Of a DNA stretch of 64,000 bases, positions 36,735-48,634 are shown piece after piece (position 1 is the stretch's first letter; each line of letters starts with the position of its first letter). A model generated the notes under the pieces. That model was not told the origin of the DNA, made no database searches, and saw only the letters and a program-made list of their open reading frames with translations. This DNA is from Planctomycetota bacterium (GTDB lineage: Bacteria; Planctomycetota; GCA-002687715; CAIWVZ01), in contig JBGANV010000001.1 of assembly GCA_044222185.1 (NCBI GenBank), positions 2,176,001 through 2,240,000 on the forward strand, in the 5' to 3' direction. A program made the translations under genes and the position numbers.

Positions 36735-39340
36735 AGTTGATAAGCCCTCTTCCTGAAACGAAGGCGCACGACCTCGGCGATCGTGTTGAACACGAACGTG
36801 ATGACGAACAACGCGAGGGCGGCAAGGAACAGCAGCCGGTAGTGCGTGCTCTCGCGGACGGCCTCGGGCAGCTCGACGGCGATGTTCGCCGACAGCGTCC
36901 TGAAGCCGTTGAACATGCTGAAGTCGAGCACGGCGGTGTTGCCCGCGGCCATCACGACGACCATCGTCTCTCCGACCGCACGCCCGAGCCCCACCATGAT
37001 CGCCGAGAAGACGCCGCTGAGCGCCGTCGGCAGGACGACGCGCGTCGCCGTCTGCCAGGCCGTCGCGCCACAGCCCAGCGACGCCGACCGCAGGTGGGCG
37101 GGCACACTGGCGAGCGCATCCTCCGCGAGCGTGTAGATGATCGGGATGACCGCAAACCCCATGACGAATCCGACGATGAGAGCGTTGCGTTGCACGTACG
37201 TTCCGAGGAAGCAGTCCCTGGGATCGATCCGCGATGCGCAGAGGATCAGTCCGAGGAGCCACGCGACGGCGACCGTCGCCACCGCAGCCAGGAGGAACTT
37301 CGCGAGGAACGCCACTCCGGCACGCGTGCGTGAGACGCCCGACAACCGCCGCGTGAGCCACGGCGTGACGATTCGCGTCATGGCGAGCCCGACCAGGACG
37401 GCGGCGACCGGAAGCAGGAGAAAGACCCAACCTCCGACTCCGGAACCCGTCCGCGTGTTCAACCACGACCGGATGTCGCCCGCGAACAGCAGACGCTCGA
37501 TCCAAGGCGACGCCGCGCAGGCAACCAGAACACCCAGGGGAAGCGTGAGCGCCATCGCGGCCCGGCGCGGCGCTCCGTCGAGGCGGATCGCCACAGGCCG
37601 TGGCAGGAGCTGCCAGAGGGTGGCGCCGAAGAGCAGCGAGGTCGGCACCGCGACGAGCACGGTCAGGACCGTGGCGATACTCCGCTCGACGAAGGGGGCG
37701 ATCACGAGGGCGGCGAGGAACCCGAGCACGACGCTCGGCAGGCTCGCCATCATCTCGATCATCGGTTTGACACGGGCACGGGTCTTCGGATGCATGAACT
37801 CACTCGTGAAGATCGCCGCGAGCAACGCGATCGGCACCGAGAACAGCATCGAGTAGAAGGTCGCCTTGATCGTCCCGAAGATCAGCGGGATGAGACCGAG
37901 CTTGGGCTCGAAGTCGTCGGTACCGCTGGACGACTGCCAGACGTGGCACGGGCGTTCGTACGTTTCGTACCAGACCGGCGTGAATATGGATCGGAACGAG
38001 GCCTCGGCGTGGGCCAGGTCGAGGGAGAACCGGGAGAACTGACCTTCGGACCACGCTCCGACCGCGTCGTTCTTCGCGGCCATCGTGATCGCGTCGATCG
38101 ATCCGGTGGGCAGCCTCGACTCGGCGATCACGTCGGCCGTCGTGACGTGGAGCACGCGAACGAGGCCATCGGCGTATCCGGCCGTCGCCATGCGCGACCG
38201 CTGCGACGACGCAAAGCACGTGACGGCCGCGCTTGCCGACGGGAAGACGTGCGCCTGCGTGAGCAGCGCCCCGTCGATCGTGCCCGCATCCGCGGGCTTG
38301 GTGCGGAACCAGGCCGACGCGCGACCGGTGGAGTCGCCCACGAGGAGCGTCGACGTTCCGAGCATGAACTCGAAAGCGGTGAGGCGTGCGAGCGGGTCGG
38401 GCACCACGTCCACGACCTCGACCCGGCGTGCCCTGGCCAGGTCGAACGTGTCGAACCGCGTGACGGTTCCATCGCGCAATGCGAGGAACACGGCGTCGCC
38501 CTGCTCGGAAAGGCGCAAGGCGATGGCAGGCGATTCACTGCGCCCCGGCGTCGGTAGGACGAACTCCGCGACGGTGGAGGTCGTCTCCCCCGTCATCATG
38601 TTCTCCTTCCTCGTGACTTCCCCGGCCGCGAGCCCTCCGTCGGCGTGGAGGGCCACGACGACGGTGCGCGCGTCGCTCACCGATGCATCCACGAGAACGA
38701 CGGGCGAGCCGTTGGCGCCGGCAACGGGCGGTTGCACCGCGACGACGAAGAGCTGACGGCGCAGCGATCCGTCAGGAAGAACGGTCACCACTCCACCATC
38801 CAGGACCCGCTGCGATCCCGGTGGCAGGGCGCGAATCTCGGCTGGCGCGGTCGCGGCGTCGAGTTCCGACGCCTCGAAGCGAATCGTCGCAAGTTGAATG
38901 GTGCCGTCGTCGAAACCGAACGCGGCGCGATGGCCGGAGACGGAGAAGGCACGCGCCGTCGGTTTGCGATCCCCGAACGGGCGCACGACGGAGAACACCT
39001 CGCCCGTGGAGATCAACGCCGCGCGAAATGCCCCGTCTTCGTGCAATCCCCAGACGACGGCGCTGTAGTCGTCCAGACCGAGCGCGATCGCGCGCGAGAT
39101 GTCGCCGGCCGTTCGCGGCATGGCGCGCGGCGAATCCAGGTGCGCGTCCCGCAGCAGGGGGACGACGACCCAGACGAGGAACACGCAGATCGTCGCCACG
39201 GCGACCACGGTCCCGATCCCTCCGATGGTGATGACCCACCGCCAGAAGCGATCGAAGAAGCGCACGCTCCAGGTCGTCGCGCGCTTGCGCGCGTACCCGG
39301 TGAACGAGGCGTTCCTGTCCGTGTCGTCGTGTCGTGTCAC
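36731..39340 (-). CDS. pstC: phosphate ABC permease PstC with an N-terminal beta-propeller-like domain
   Basis: [62 protein letters not shown]. Confidence 0.92.
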   Translation of the reverse strand: MTRHDDTDRNASFTGYARKRATTWSVRFFDRFWRWVITIGGIGTVVAVATICVFLVWVVVPLLRDAHLDSPRAMPRTAGDISRAIALGLDDYSAVVWGLHEDGAFRAALISTGEVFSVVRPFGDRKPTARAFSVSGHRAAFGFDDGTIQLATIRFEASELDAATAPAEIRALPPGSQRVLDGGVVTVLPDGSLRRQLFVVAVQPPVAGANGSPVVLVDASVSDARTVVVALHADGGLAAGEVTRKENMMTGETTSTVAEFVLPTPGRSESPAIALRLSEQGDAVFLALRDGTVTRFDTFDLARARRVEVVDVVPDPLARLTAFEFMLGTSTLLVGDSTGRASAWFRTKPADAGTIDGALLTQAHVFPSASAAVTCFASSQRSRMATAGYADGLVRVLHVTTADVIAESRLPTGSIDAITMAAKNDAVGAWSEGQFSRFSLDLAHAEASFRSIFTPVWYETYERPCHVWQSSSGTDDFEPKLGLIPLIFGTIKATFYSMLFSVPIALLAAIFTSEFMHPKTRARVKPMIEMMASLPSVVLGFLAALVIAPFVERSIATVLTVLVAVPTSLLFGATLWQLLPRPVAIRLDGAPRRAAMALTLPLGVLVACAASPWIERLLFAGDIRSWLNTRTGSGVGGWVFLLLPVAAVLVGLAMTRIVTPWLTRRLSGVSRTRAGVAFLAKFLLAAVATVAVAWLLGLILCASRIDPRDCFLGTYVQRNALIVGFVMGFAVIPIIYTLAEDALASVPAHLRSASLGCGATAWQTATRVVLPTALSGVFSAIMVGLGRAVGETMVVVMAAGNTAVLDFSMFNGFRTLSANIAVELPEAVRESTHYRLLFLAALALFVITFVFNTIAEVVRLRFRKRAYQL

Positions 39341-39374
39341 GTCAGGCGGCTCGCCGTGTTCGCAAGCCTCGGGA

Positions 39375-40436
39375 TCACCGCGCGGCGGCCGCCGTCGTCG
39401 TCGAGCTCCGGACCCCGGGGGCCGGCTTCGCAGCGCCCGTCTCCTTGCCGTCACCCAATCCGACCGCCTTCAAGGACTTGTCCACGACGGCCTTCATCAG
39501 CGGGAAGTAGCCGTCCTTCACGACGGCTTCCTGGCCCTGCTTGCTCAACACGTACTTGATGAACTCGGCTCGGATCGGATCGAGCGGCGTCCCCACCTTG
39601 TGGTTCACGTAGAGGAGCAGGAAGCGGGACAGCGGGTAGGTCCCGGCGTAGGCGTTGTCGATCGTGGCTTCGACGGCGGCCGCGCCAGCCTTCGACGAGA
39701 GCGGTACCGCGCGAACGTCCGCCGTCTTGTAGCCGATGCCGCCGTAGCCGATTCCATGGAGGTCGCTGGCGACGGCCTGCACGACCGACGACGTGCCAGG
39801 CTGCTCCTTCACCGTGTCCTTGAAGTCGCCTTTGTAGAGGGCGTGCTCCTTGAAGTACCCGTAGGTGCCCGACGCCGAGTTGCGGCCGTAGAGGCTGATC
39901 GGCTTCGTCGCCCACTCGCCGGTGAGTCCCAGGTCACCCCAGGTGGTCAGATCCTTCTCGAAGCCGCCCTTGCGCGACTTGGAGAAGATGGCGTCGATCT
40001 GCTGGAGCGAGAGCGTCTTGAGCGGGTTGTCCTTGTGGACGTAGACCGCCAGCATGTCGATGCTGGTGGGGATTCCCGTGGGCTTGTAGCCGTACTTCTT
40101 CTCGAACGCGTCGATCTCCTCGGATTTCATCGAGCGGCTCATGGGCGCGAAGTGCGACGTGCCCTGGATGAGCGCGGGCGGCGCGGTGGCCGACCCCTTG
40201 CCTTCGATCTCGATCTTCACGTTGGGATAGAAGCCGCGGAACCCTTCCGCCCACAGCGTCATCTCGTTGTTCATCGTGTCGGAGCCGATGCTCTTGAGAT
40301 TCCCGCTGACTCCCTGCACCGGGGCGTATGCCGGGATCGTCGCGTCGACTTTCACCGCCTGCGCGGAAACGGGAGCCGACACGAGCGACAGAAGCATGAC
40401 GGCGGACGCTGAGACTGCGGCGCGGATGGATTTCAC
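39375..40436 (-). CDS. pstS: phosphate-binding protein PstS
   Basis: AGGAGG RBS, GTG start, signal peptide, [31 protein letters not shown]. Confidence 0.94.
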   Translation of the reverse strand: MKSIRAAVSASAVMLLSLVSAPVSAQAVKVDATIPAYAPVQGVSGNLKSIGSDTMNNEMTLWAEGFRGFYPNVKIEIEGKGSATAPPALIQGTSHFAPMSRSMKSEEIDAFEKKYGYKPTGIPTSIDMLAVYVHKDNPLKTLSLQQIDAIFSKSRKGGFEKDLTTWGDLGLTGEWATKPISLYGRNSASGTYGYFKEHALYKGDFKDTVKEQPGTSSVVQAVASDLHGIGYGGIGYKTADVRAVPLSSKAGAAAVEATIDNAYAGTYPLSRFLLLYVNHKVGTPLDPIRAEFIKYVLSKQGQEAVVKDGYFPLMKAVVDKSLKAVGLGDGKETGAAKPAPGVRSSTTTAAAAR

Positions 40437-40498
40437 GGGTTGCCTCCTGCGGAGAACGTGGACTCTCGGTTGCTCCGCACGAGTTCTCCCACCCGATC

Positions 40499-40536
40499 GT
40501 GAATCGCTCCGCACGGAATGATGAAGATCCCGTAAA
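40499..40536 (-). promoter_or_regulatory. Pho box upstream of pstS
   Basis: ATGAAGATCCCGTAAA (40521-40536) matches the porin promoter ATGAAGATCCGGTAAA (26220-26235) at 15 of 16 positions; in-phase GTGAA at 40499. Confidence 0.65.
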
Positions 40537-40630
40537 GCCGACCTCGCCCTTCGCGGCCTTGCCAACGCGGAATCAGCGCCTTAACCTCCGCCCAACCATT
40601 TCTTTGCCGGGCTTTGATGCGAGGTGACCG

Positions 40631-41257
40631 GTGTTTGGATTGATGCCCAAGGACGATGCGTTCTTCGATTTCTTCGAGCGAGCGGCTTCCAACCTGCTTG
40701 AGTGCGCCAAGCTCGTCGACGACTTCATGACGAATTACACGGAGCTCGAGGATCGGGCCAACCAGATCCACAACCTCGAGCACAACGGCGACCACCTCAC
40801 GCGTGAGGCGATCGAGAAACTCAATCGGACGTTCATCACGCCGTTCGACCGCGAGGAGATCCACGAGCTCGTCTGCCGTCTCGACGACGTCATCGATCGC
40901 ATGGACGAAGCCGTCGACCGCATGGTCGTCTACCGGATCAAGGCGCCGACGGAGGACGCGAAGAAACTCGCGAAAGTGCTCGTGAAGGCGACGACCACCA
41001 TCTGCGAGATGATGCCGCTGATGCGGACGCTCGCGCGCCAGCCGCAGGTGATCCTGAACAAGTGCCTGGAGATGCACGCCCACGAGTCCGAGGGTGACCG
41101 CATCGAACGCCACGGCCTCGCGGCGTTGTTCAACGGCGGTCACGACCCGGTGGACATCATCAAGTGGAAGGACGTGTACACGGACCTGGAAGAGGCGACC
41201 GATCGCTGCGCCGACGTGGCGAACGTCGTCGAGTCCATCGTGCTCCAGCACTCGTGA
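40631..41257 (+). CDS. DUF47 Pit accessory protein (PhoU-like)
   Basis: EH.GD.L, L..TFITPFDRE.IH.L...LDD..D, IKWKD.Y..LE.ATD. Confidence 0.92.
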   Translation: MFGLMPKDDAFFDFFERAASNLLECAKLVDDFMTNYTELEDRANQIHNLEHNGDHLTREAIEKLNRTFITPFDREEIHELVCRLDDVIDRMDEAVDRMVVYRIKAPTEDAKKLAKVLVKATTTICEMMPLMRTLARQPQVILNKCLEMHAHESEGDRIERHGLAALFNGGHDPVDIIKWKDVYTDLEEATDRCADVANVVESIVLQHS

Positions 41258-41297
41258 CGCTGGCCCGAACCGTCATCCCGCTTCGGGGCGAATCCTC

Positions 41298-42299
41298 ATG
41301 ACATCCATGGTCCTGGTCTGCGCCGTCGTCGCGCTCGCGCTCATATTCGACTTCGTCAACGGCATGCACGACGCCGCGAACTCCGTCGCGACGATCGTCT
41401 CGACGCGCGTCATGCGTCCGATGTGGGCCGTCATCTGGGCGGCGTTCTTCAACTTCGTCGCCTTCATGCTGTTCGAGACGCACGTGGCGGCGACGATCGG
41501 CAAGGGCGTCGTCAACACCGACGCCATCACGCTTCCCGTCGTCACGGCAGGGTTGGTGGGCGCGATCGCGTGGAACCTGATCACCTGGTACTACGGCATC
41601 CCCTCCAGCTCGTCGCACGCGCTCGTCGGGGGTTACGCCGGAGCCGCGTTCGCGCACGCCGGGATCGGCGCGCTGGTCCTGCCGGGGCTGGGGAAGATCG
41701 GCATCTTCATCATCCTCGCCCCCGTGCTCGGCATGGCCATAGGCTTCGTGTTCATGCTGATCACGTACTGGGTCTTCCGGAACGCGGTTCTGAGTCGCGT
41801 GACAGGACTGTTCCGCAAGCTCCAATTCGTGTCAGCCGCGGCCTACAGCCTGGGACACGGCGGCAACGACGCCCAGAAGACCATGGGCATCATCCTCGCG
41901 ATCCTGATCGCCTCCGGGAAGATCGAGAAGTCGGCGGCGGTCCCCCTCTGGGTCGTGCTCTCGTGCCACCTCGCCATGGGGTTGGGGACGCTCGCCGGCG
42001 GATGGCGCATCGTGAAGACCATGGGCCAGAAGCTCTGCGCCCTGCAGCCGGTCCAGGGTTTTGCCGCGGAGACCGCCGGCGCCCTCTGTCTCTACGGCGC
42101 GACGTGGCTCGGGATCCCCGTGAGTACGACTCACACGATCACGGGCGCCATCGTCGGTGTGGGCTCGACTCGCGGGAAGCAAGCGGTCCGCTGGGGCATT
42201 GCTGGCCGCGTCGTCTGGGCGTGGATCCTCACGATCCCCGCTTCGGCGGGCATCGCCGCCGCGTTCCTGTGGGCGTTTCACATGGTCGGCTGGTACTGA
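41298..42299 (+). CDS. pit: inorganic phosphate transporter (PiT family)
   Basis: NGMHDAANSVATIVSTR, GIPSSSSHAL.GG, HGGNDAQKTMG, PVSTTH. Confidence 0.93.
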   Translation: MTSMVLVCAVVALALIFDFVNGMHDAANSVATIVSTRVMRPMWAVIWAAFFNFVAFMLFETHVAATIGKGVVNTDAITLPVVTAGLVGAIAWNLITWYYGIPSSSSHALVGGYAGAAFAHAGIGALVLPGLGKIGIFIILAPVLGMAIGFVFMLITYWVFRNAVLSRVTGLFRKLQFVSAAAYSLGHGGNDAQKTMGIILAILIASGKIEKSAAVPLWVVLSCHLAMGLGTLAGGWRIVKTMGQKLCALQPVQGFAAETAGALCLYGATWLGIPVSTTHTITGAIVGVGSTRGKQAVRWGIAGRVVWAWILTIPASAGIAAAFLWAFHMVGWY

Positions 42300-42474
42300 G
42301 GCCCGTCGCCGGAGCTCGGATCAAAGCCCCATCTCGACGGGGCTCGGATTCAGCCCATCTGCGTAGACGGCTGACGCTTGCGCCGACCTGACGACGCCGC
42401 GACGACCCACACTGTTTTCGGATTCACGGCCCGGTACGATCGAGGCCGTTCAGCTGACCCACGGAGAGCCCACC

Positions 42475-42864
42475 ATGTCGTTTGAACACCACGCACCACC
42501 GGTTCCACCGCGCATGCCGCCCGAAATGGAACTCGAAGTCCGCAAGGAGGCCTACGCCCTCTACGTCGCGCGTAACGGCGCGCCCGGCGACCCCGAGCAG
42601 GATTGGCACGACGCCGAGCGACGCGTGCGGGCACGTCACGCCGCGGACCCCGAGGGGATCCCCGCGTCACCGAAGGCGTTCGAGACCGCCGTCGCCGTCC
42701 TTCACCGCAAGGAGCTCGAAGCGACGGCCGTTCCGCCGACGCCCGCGGCCGTGAAAGCCGCGCAGGCCGTGAAGAAGGCGAAGACGGATGCCGCCATCGC
42801 TGCCGCGCTCGAAGGCAACGGGGCCAAGGGCGACCAGAACGGCAAGGGCAAGAAGAAGAAATGA
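42475..42864 (+). CDS. DUF2934-like domain protein with Lys/Ala-rich tail
   Basis: VR..AY.LY..R.G.PG...QDW..AE; GGAG RBS. Confidence 0.75.
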   Translation: MSFEHHAPPVPPRMPPEMELEVRKEAYALYVARNGAPGDPEQDWHDAERRVRARHAADPEGIPASPKAFETAVAVLHRKELEATAVPPTPAAVKAAQAVKKAKTDAAIAAALEGNGAKGDQNGKGKKKK

Positions 42865-42916
42865 TCGGTCCCGGGCGCGGAGTCGATCCGCGCCCGCGAG
42901 CCCGCCGCGCCCTCGG

Positions 42917-44287
42917 TCAGGGCAGGAACTCGGACGGGCGCTTGAGCTTCTCGGGCAGGTAGACCTCGTGGACGTAGTTCAGCCCGTGCTTCGCGAACGC
43001 CTGCTGCTCGGCGCGAACGCCCATGGAGAGGAGCTTCTCCATCGCCTTCATCCACACCTTGTGTGACTGGAAGAAGGGGTCGTTCCTCATGGCGTCCTTC
43101 GCGCGTTGGATGTCCACGTCCTTCAGCGGGTGCGTCGGAAGCTTGTACTTCACGATGTCGTCCGGCGTCACGCCGAGCATCCGCGCCTCCGGTACGCAGA
43201 AGAACCGGTTGACGTGGGCGGCATTGCCCGAGCCCACCTTCAGCGACCGGTAGATGTTTGCGATGCCGTAAGGGTCGCAGTCGACGAAGGCATAGACGGG
43301 AATGTGCGCTTCCTCGGACAGGCGTCGGATGAAGCGGCGGCAGGCCCGCGTAGGAACGCCACCCATGGAGATGATGATGCACTTCGCCTTCGTGGGATAG
43401 GCGTGGCCTTGGAGCCGCTGGAACATGCCCTGCGTTTCGATGGCCAGGATGAACTTGGCGTCCGTCTTGAACTTCAGGTGTTCGACGGACGACGGGATCG
43501 TGTATGCGCCCGATCCGAACTTCGTGCAGTCGACTTCGATCGTCCCGCCCGTGATTGGATTGTGGTCGACGACGATCAACTCGCCGGCGACGGCGCCGCC
43601 GTGCTCGTCCGGGACGAAGCGAAGCTGCTCGCGCGTCACTCCTTCCGTGGAGAACATCGCTTCGATGTCGTCCATCACGGCGTCCGACTCGGGCTGATCG
43701 TCGAAGCGCGCCTCCTCCCAGTTCTTGCTCTGATAGTAGGCGTCTCGCTTCGTGGCGAAGTCGTCCGTCGCGACCATCTCCTTCGAGAGACTCATCATGC
43801 GCAGCGTCTGGGCGAACGTCTTCACCGTGTTGACGGTGAGCGTGCGCACCTTCTTCTGACGCCCGAGCTCGAAGTAACCGACGCTCTCCTTGTACTTCAC
43901 GTTCGAGAGCGCGCGCAGAGGCATCTTCAGGTCCGGCTTCTGCTCGGCGAGGATCGTCTCGTAGACGCCCCGCGCGGTCGAGTCGATGCAGGAGAGCGTC
44001 TTCTGATCACGCGCCGTGAGCTTCTTCTGCCCGGGCTGCCGCTCGCGATCACCCTTCTTCTTCTTCTTGGGGTCGATTCCCGGCGGTGGCCCCTCGTCCA
44101 TCGGCAGTTCGGGCGTCGCCGCCACCTCGTCCTTCTCGAACGCGCGCTGGCGGTAGGAGAACGATGGCTCGCCGGACTTGGGGGCCTCGGGCTTTCCCTT
44201 GCGACCCTTCTTGCCCTTGCCGCCGTCGTCGTCCCCGCCCGCGTCACCGTCGACGAAGTCGTCCGAGTTCTTTCCCTTGCTGCTCAT
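42917..44287 (-). CDS. top6A: DNA topoisomerase VI subunit A
   Basis: Catalytic Tyr motif TKRDAYY, F..Q.ESD..DD.E, Toprim ILAIET and DCDPYG, GGVP.RA.R, AEQQA. Confidence 0.93.
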   Translation of the reverse strand: MSSKGKNSDDFVDGDAGGDDDGGKGKKGRKGKPEAPKSGEPSFSYRQRAFEKDEVAATPELPMDEGPPPGIDPKKKKKGDRERQPGQKKLTARDQKTLSCIDSTARGVYETILAEQKPDLKMPLRALSNVKYKESVGYFELGRQKKVRTLTVNTVKTFAQTLRMMSLSKEMVATDDFATKRDAYYQSKNWEEARFDDQPESDAVMDDIEAMFSTEGVTREQLRFVPDEHGGAVAGELIVVDHNPITGGTIEVDCTKFGSGAYTIPSSVEHLKFKTDAKFILAIETQGMFQRLQGHAYPTKAKCIIISMGGVPTRACRRFIRRLSEEAHIPVYAFVDCDPYGIANIYRSLKVGSGNAAHVNRFFCVPEARMLGVTPDDIVKYKLPTHPLKDVDIQRAKDAMRNDPFFQSHKVWMKAMEKLLSMGVRAEQQAFAKHGLNYVHEVYLPEKLKRPSEFLP

Positions 44288-45930
44288 GGCTTGCGGCTCT
44301 TCTCGAGAACGACGCGCAGACTGGCGACGGCCTCGTCACGTTTCTGATCGTTGAGTTCCAGGATCTCCTGCAGGGCGATGCCGATCTGCGGGATGTAGGT
44401 GTCGATGTAGTTGCGCTTCTTCAGCTCGTCGGCCTCGCGACGGCGCCGATTCAGGAACGTGCCGAGCTTGCGCCCGCATTCCATGAGCCCCAGCCGGATC
44501 TCGTTGATGATCTCGTCGTACCCGGCGATGGCCTCCTTGCTCTCGGAGGTGAACGGCACCCAGACCGACGCGATGTGCACGAGGATCACCAGCGGAGCCG
44601 TGGGCAGCGCGCCCTTGCTCTGCGAGATGCCGTAGTTCTTCCAGTCGACGCTGACGACGGCCTTGTTGATCGCGCAGGCGCCAGCCTGGTACTGGAGCGG
44701 CACGCGGTTGGCGAAACGCATCACGCGGGCCAGCTCGTCCGCAGGCAGGTTGCCGCCCAGCGCCAGCCCCACCTCCATCAGGAACGGATTGCCGCGGTAC
44801 ACCTTGGGCGGTCGGGTGATCGACACGAAGAAGTCGGCGTCGACCTCCTTCTTCATGCCCTCGAGGATCAGTTCCTGGCCGATGGGCGCCAGGCAGTCCG
44901 TCGGCGGAGCCATGATCTTCACGCTCTGCATCGCCTTGTAGAGCGAGTCCGCCTCGCGGTTGGCGATCTGCGCCGGACGCGCGTTGGGATTCAGCTTCGC
45001 GGCGTCGCAGATGTCTTCCGCGACCTTGTCGGAGACACGCGAGAAGCTGTCCTTCAGGGCGCCCTTCAGCGTGCGCTGTTCGGCGACCTTCAGGATCTTC
45101 ATCAACACGCCCAGCTCGACGCCGTGCGGGTGCGGCTTGATCTCCTTCGGCAGCTCGGGGAGCCTCGTCGTCGCTCGCTTGAAGACGACGACGTCCTCGC
45201 CCGGCGCCTTGAACGCGATCTCCACGTGCGGGTTGGCGACGGCCGTGAGCGACAGGTACTCGTCGACGGACTGGCGTCCCTTGAAGTACTTGCCGACGAG
45301 TTCGATCTCGACCCGCGTGCCGTGGTCCTTCTCCCAGTCGATCTCCTGCTCCTTGTGGACCTCGGGCTGGTTCTTCGTCGTGTCGATGCGCATCTCCATC
45401 CAGTGGGCTGGCTGCTTCTTGCCCACCCTGGAGGTGATGGTCATCGGCTTGCCCGTCGTGAGCTGGCCGTACATGCCGGCGGCCGAGATGCCGATGCCCT
45501 GCTGGCCGCGTGACTGCCGCAGGCTGTGGAACTTCGACCCGTAGAGCAGCTTGCCGAAGATCTTCCCGATCTGCGCCTTCACGATGCCCGGACCGTTGTC
45601 CTCGATGATGACGCGGAAGCGCTCCTCCTCGTCCTTCACCGGCGCGATCTCGACGTAGATGTCCGGAAGGATGCCGGCCTCCTCGCAGGCGTCGAGCGAA
45701 TTGTCGACGGCTTCCTTGACCGTCGTGAGCAGCGCCTTGCGGGGGTTGTCGAACCCGAGAAGGTGCCGGTTCTTCGCGAAGAACTCCGAGACGGAGATCT
45801 CGCGCTGCTTCGTCGCCATCTGCTCGGCGGTCGCGCGACGCGCCGCCTTCGCCGTGCCCTTCTGGTCCACGGCGTCTTCGTCGGGCGGCGCGACCGCAGC
45901 CGCACCGTCTCCCGGATTCATCTGACTCAT
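44284..45930 (-). CDS. top6B: DNA topoisomerase VI subunit B
   Basis: [40 protein letters not shown]...[28 protein letters not shown]; ATGA overlap with top6A. Confidence 0.96.
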   Translation of the reverse strand: MSQMNPGDGAAAVAPPDEDAVDQKGTAKAARRATAEQMATKQREISVSEFFAKNRHLLGFDNPRKALLTTVKEAVDNSLDACEEAGILPDIYVEIAPVKDEEERFRVIIEDNGPGIVKAQIGKIFGKLLYGSKFHSLRQSRGQQGIGISAAGMYGQLTTGKPMTITSRVGKKQPAHWMEMRIDTTKNQPEVHKEQEIDWEKDHGTRVEIELVGKYFKGRQSVDEYLSLTAVANPHVEIAFKAPGEDVVVFKRATTRLPELPKEIKPHPHGVELGVLMKILKVAEQRTLKGALKDSFSRVSDKVAEDICDAAKLNPNARPAQIANREADSLYKAMQSVKIMAPPTDCLAPIGQELILEGMKKEVDADFFVSITRPPKVYRGNPFLMEVGLALGGNLPADELARVMRFANRVPLQYQAGACAINKAVVSVDWKNYGISQSKGALPTAPLVILVHIASVWVPFTSESKEAIAGYDEIINEIRLGLMECGRKLGTFLNRRRREADELKKRNYIDTYIPQIGIALQEILELNDQKRDEAVASLRVVLEKSRKP

Positions 45931-46036
45931 GTTGTTCACCGCCGGTCCGCACCGGCGTCCGCAGGACCGGCGACACGCGCCAGCCCGCTCCCCTGTCGAA
46001 ATGGTGCTTCCAACCGCCCCCGGCGGAAGCGTGCGG

Positions 46037-46042
46037 ATTATA
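46037..46042 (-). promoter_or_regulatory. consensus -10 element upstream of top6B
   Basis: Perfect TATAAT on the minus strand about 105 nt upstream of the start, in GC-rich DNA; no clear -35. Confidence 0.45.
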
Positions 46043-46096
46043 TGAGGCCGCACCCCGGACGCACGGACGAGGGTGACCGGTTCTTGGCGTCGCCCG

Positions 46097-48634
46097 TCAC
46101 TCGTAGCCGATCGCATCGAGCACGTTCACCCCGGCCGCCCGCCGGGCGGGGATCACGGCAGCCGTGGCGGCGATGAGGACGGCGGCGACGAACGCCCCGA
46201 GGAGATGCCACCAGGGAATCACGATGGGCGTCAGGTATCCGGTCATCGCGAACGTGAACATCCGCAGCGGTCCCAGCCCGCCGGATAGCCCCGTCACGAT
46301 CCCGATGGCGCCGCCGATGACCCCCACGATGACGGCCTCGATCAGCACTGCCCGCGCGACCTGCCGGCGGAGCATCCCCACGGCCCGCAGCAACCCGATC
46401 TCCCGGCTTCGCTGGAGGACGCTGATCAGCAGCGTGTTGACGATCCCCAGAAAGCCGATGGTGATCGCGATGAGGACCTGCACGTTGGCGAACACCATCA
46501 CGGAGCTCAACGCGTCCTCCGCTCCACGCTTCAGCATGGCAACCGTGAAGACGAACAGCTGCCGGCTGCCGGCGGACGTCTCCGCGATCCGCGCCCTGAC
46601 GGCTTCCGGGTCGGCGCCTGGAAGGAGTTTCAGATCCACGTAGTTGATCGAATCGTCGTGGAACGCCGCCCGGTAGACGGACAGGTCCAGATAGATGACG
46701 CCCTGAGGCCACGAGTAGTCCTCGAGTTGGGCGAGCACTCGCATGCGGCGGGTGCCGTCCGGCGTGTCGACGGGGATCTCATCTCCGACCCTCACGCCGA
46801 ACCTGAACGCGAAGTTCTCCGAGACCGCGACCCCGCGCCCGGCGCGGAAATCGGCGGCGAACGCGGCGTTCGTCAGGAGCCCGAGCCACGGGCCGTCCCG
46901 CCGCGACTGCTGCGCGCGCAGGAACGGGTCGAACTCGACGGCGATCGCCAGGATGTCCTTGTCCCGGAAGGTCAGGAACGCGGCCCGCACACCGTAGGCG
47001 AAGTCCACGCCCTCGACGGCGGCGACCTGGCCCTCGACGGACGCGTCGAACGAGTCCTGGCTGTAGACGGTCGCGCTCAGATCCGTGGCGTTCACCGACA
47101 GGTCGAATGGGAACGCCGCGTCCATCCACCGCTTCGTCGCGAGACCGAACCCCTCGACGAGCGTCGCCGTGGCCACGAACATGGCCAGCGTGCCCGCCAG
47201 CGCGGTCGCGGTCAACGCCGTGCGCTCGGGAAACTTCGCGACGGCGTCGGCGCCCAGGTATCCCTCGATTCGCAGCCACTTGCGGAGGTGGGGCCGAAGC
47301 CACTCGGAGACGACGCGCGTCAGAAGCGGGAGAGCCAACGCGACTCCGACGAACAGAAGCCCCGTGCAGGCGAGGCCCGTCACGGAGTAGGACTCGAGCA
47401 GCCAGAACGCCAGGATGCCGGTGACGATGATGGCGACGCCGACGACGAACGCCTTCCGCCCTCCCCGCGTGAGGCGATAGGTGTAGGGGCGCAGGATTCG
47501 GATCGGAGCGAAGCTCATGGCTTCACGCGCCGGCCACCACGCGGCCACCACGGCCACGGAGACCCCGAGAACCATCGCGGCCGCCGCGGTGCGCGCGGGA
47601 AGCGCGACCTCACGCACGTCGACGGAAAGCATGAGCGTGTTGATCGTCCCAGCCGCGAACTGGACGAGGATGCGCGCGAGAATCCACCCGAGCGCAACGC
47701 CCGCGGCAGCGCCGAGGGCGCCGAGAACCAACCACTCCAGGAGGAGGACGTTGCGGATCTGCGCCTTCGTTGCGCCGAGTGCGCGCAGCGTCCCGATGGT
47801 CTTCACCCGCTCGACGACCGAGACGGCGACGGTGTTGTAGATGATGAACACGCCCACGAGCAGCGCGACGACGGCGACGGCCACCAGGGATTCGAGCCGC
47901 GCCACGGCATCCTGAATGAACGAGGACACTCGCTGAACGGGGCGCACGTTCGAACCGGGGCACGCGGCGAGGATCGCCTCGCGGGAGGCGTGCGCGACCT
48001 CGATGCGGTCGACGAGCCCCTTGCGGCCGAAGATCCGTTGCGCCGCCCGCAGGTCGAGCACGGCGAAGTTTCCGTCGAAGACCCGGGCCGGCCCCTCGTC
48101 CTCGATGATCCCCGTCACGCGGAGGATCTTGAGTCCCTGCGGGGTACTCACTTTCACCGCGCTCCCGACGCGCATCCCGTGCCGCTCCGTGAACCTTCGG
48201 GTCAGCATCACGCCGTCCGGGACGAGCATGGTGGCGACGATCGTCTTCGGATCCGCGGCGCCTTGGGTCTTGTACATCCGCAGCATCGCGTCGCTGAGGA
48301 AGTCCACTCCGAGGACGATCAGACTGCCGGCGCGTGGTTCGACGAGCGTGGCGGTGACCTGCACGAGCGGTGCCGCGACGGCACCCGGGATCTTGCGGAT
48401 CGCGTCGGCCAGCGCCGGATCTATGCCCGTACCGCCAGGCCCGACCACCTGCCATTCCGCGGCTCCGCCCAGATCGCGGACGGTCCGTTCCGCCGACGCG
48501 ACGATCGCCTGGTTGGCCGTATCCGCGGAGACGAAGAGGGCCACTCCGAGCGCGATCGAGACGAAGCCGAGGAACGTCCGGACCTTGTGGCGGTGGATGA
48601 ACCGCCAGCTCAGCATGCGCAGGAGCTCGATCAC
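46097..48634 (-). CDS. FtsX/MacB-like ABC permease (two FtsX domains)
   Basis: [11 protein letters not shown]...SVVER...[32 protein letters not shown]. Confidence 0.9.
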   Translation of the reverse strand: MIELLRMLSWRFIHRHKVRTFLGFVSIALGVALFVSADTANQAIVASAERTVRDLGGAAEWQVVGPGGTGIDPALADAIRKIPGAVAAPLVQVTATLVEPRAGSLIVLGVDFLSDAMLRMYKTQGAADPKTIVATMLVPDGVMLTRRFTERHGMRVGSAVKVSTPQGLKILRVTGIIEDEGPARVFDGNFAVLDLRAAQRIFGRKGLVDRIEVAHASREAILAACPGSNVRPVQRVSSFIQDAVARLESLVAVAVVALLVGVFIIYNTVAVSVVERVKTIGTLRALGATKAQIRNVLLLEWLVLGALGAAAGVALGWILARILVQFAAGTINTLMLSVDVREVALPARTAAAAMVLGVSVAVVAAWWPAREAMSFAPIRILRPYTYRLTRGGRKAFVVGVAIIVTGILAFWLLESYSVTGLACTGLLFVGVALALPLLTRVVSEWLRPHLRKWLRIEGYLGADAVAKFPERTALTATALAGTLAMFVATATLVEGFGLATKRWMDAAFPFDLSVNATDLSATVYSQDSFDASVEGQVAAVEGVDFAYGVRAAFLTFRDKDILAIAVEFDPFLRAQQSRRDGPWLGLLTNAAFAADFRAGRGVAVSENFAFRFGVRVGDEIPVDTPDGTRRMRVLAQLEDYSWPQGVIYLDLSVYRAAFHDDSINYVDLKLLPGADPEAVRARIAETSAGSRQLFVFTVAMLKRGAEDALSSVMVFANVQVLIAITIGFLGIVNTLLISVLQRSREIGLLRAVGMLRRQVARAVLIEAVIVGVIGGAIGIVTGLSGGLGPLRMFTFAMTGYLTPIVIPWWHLLGAFVAAVLIAATAAVIPARRAAGVNVLDAIGYE

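Noticed and set aside
42314-42360. Degenerate ~20-bp direct repeat (GCTCGGAT..AGCCC.ATCT) downstream of pit
   Set aside because: Only two imperfect copies; not enough for an array or a defined operator.
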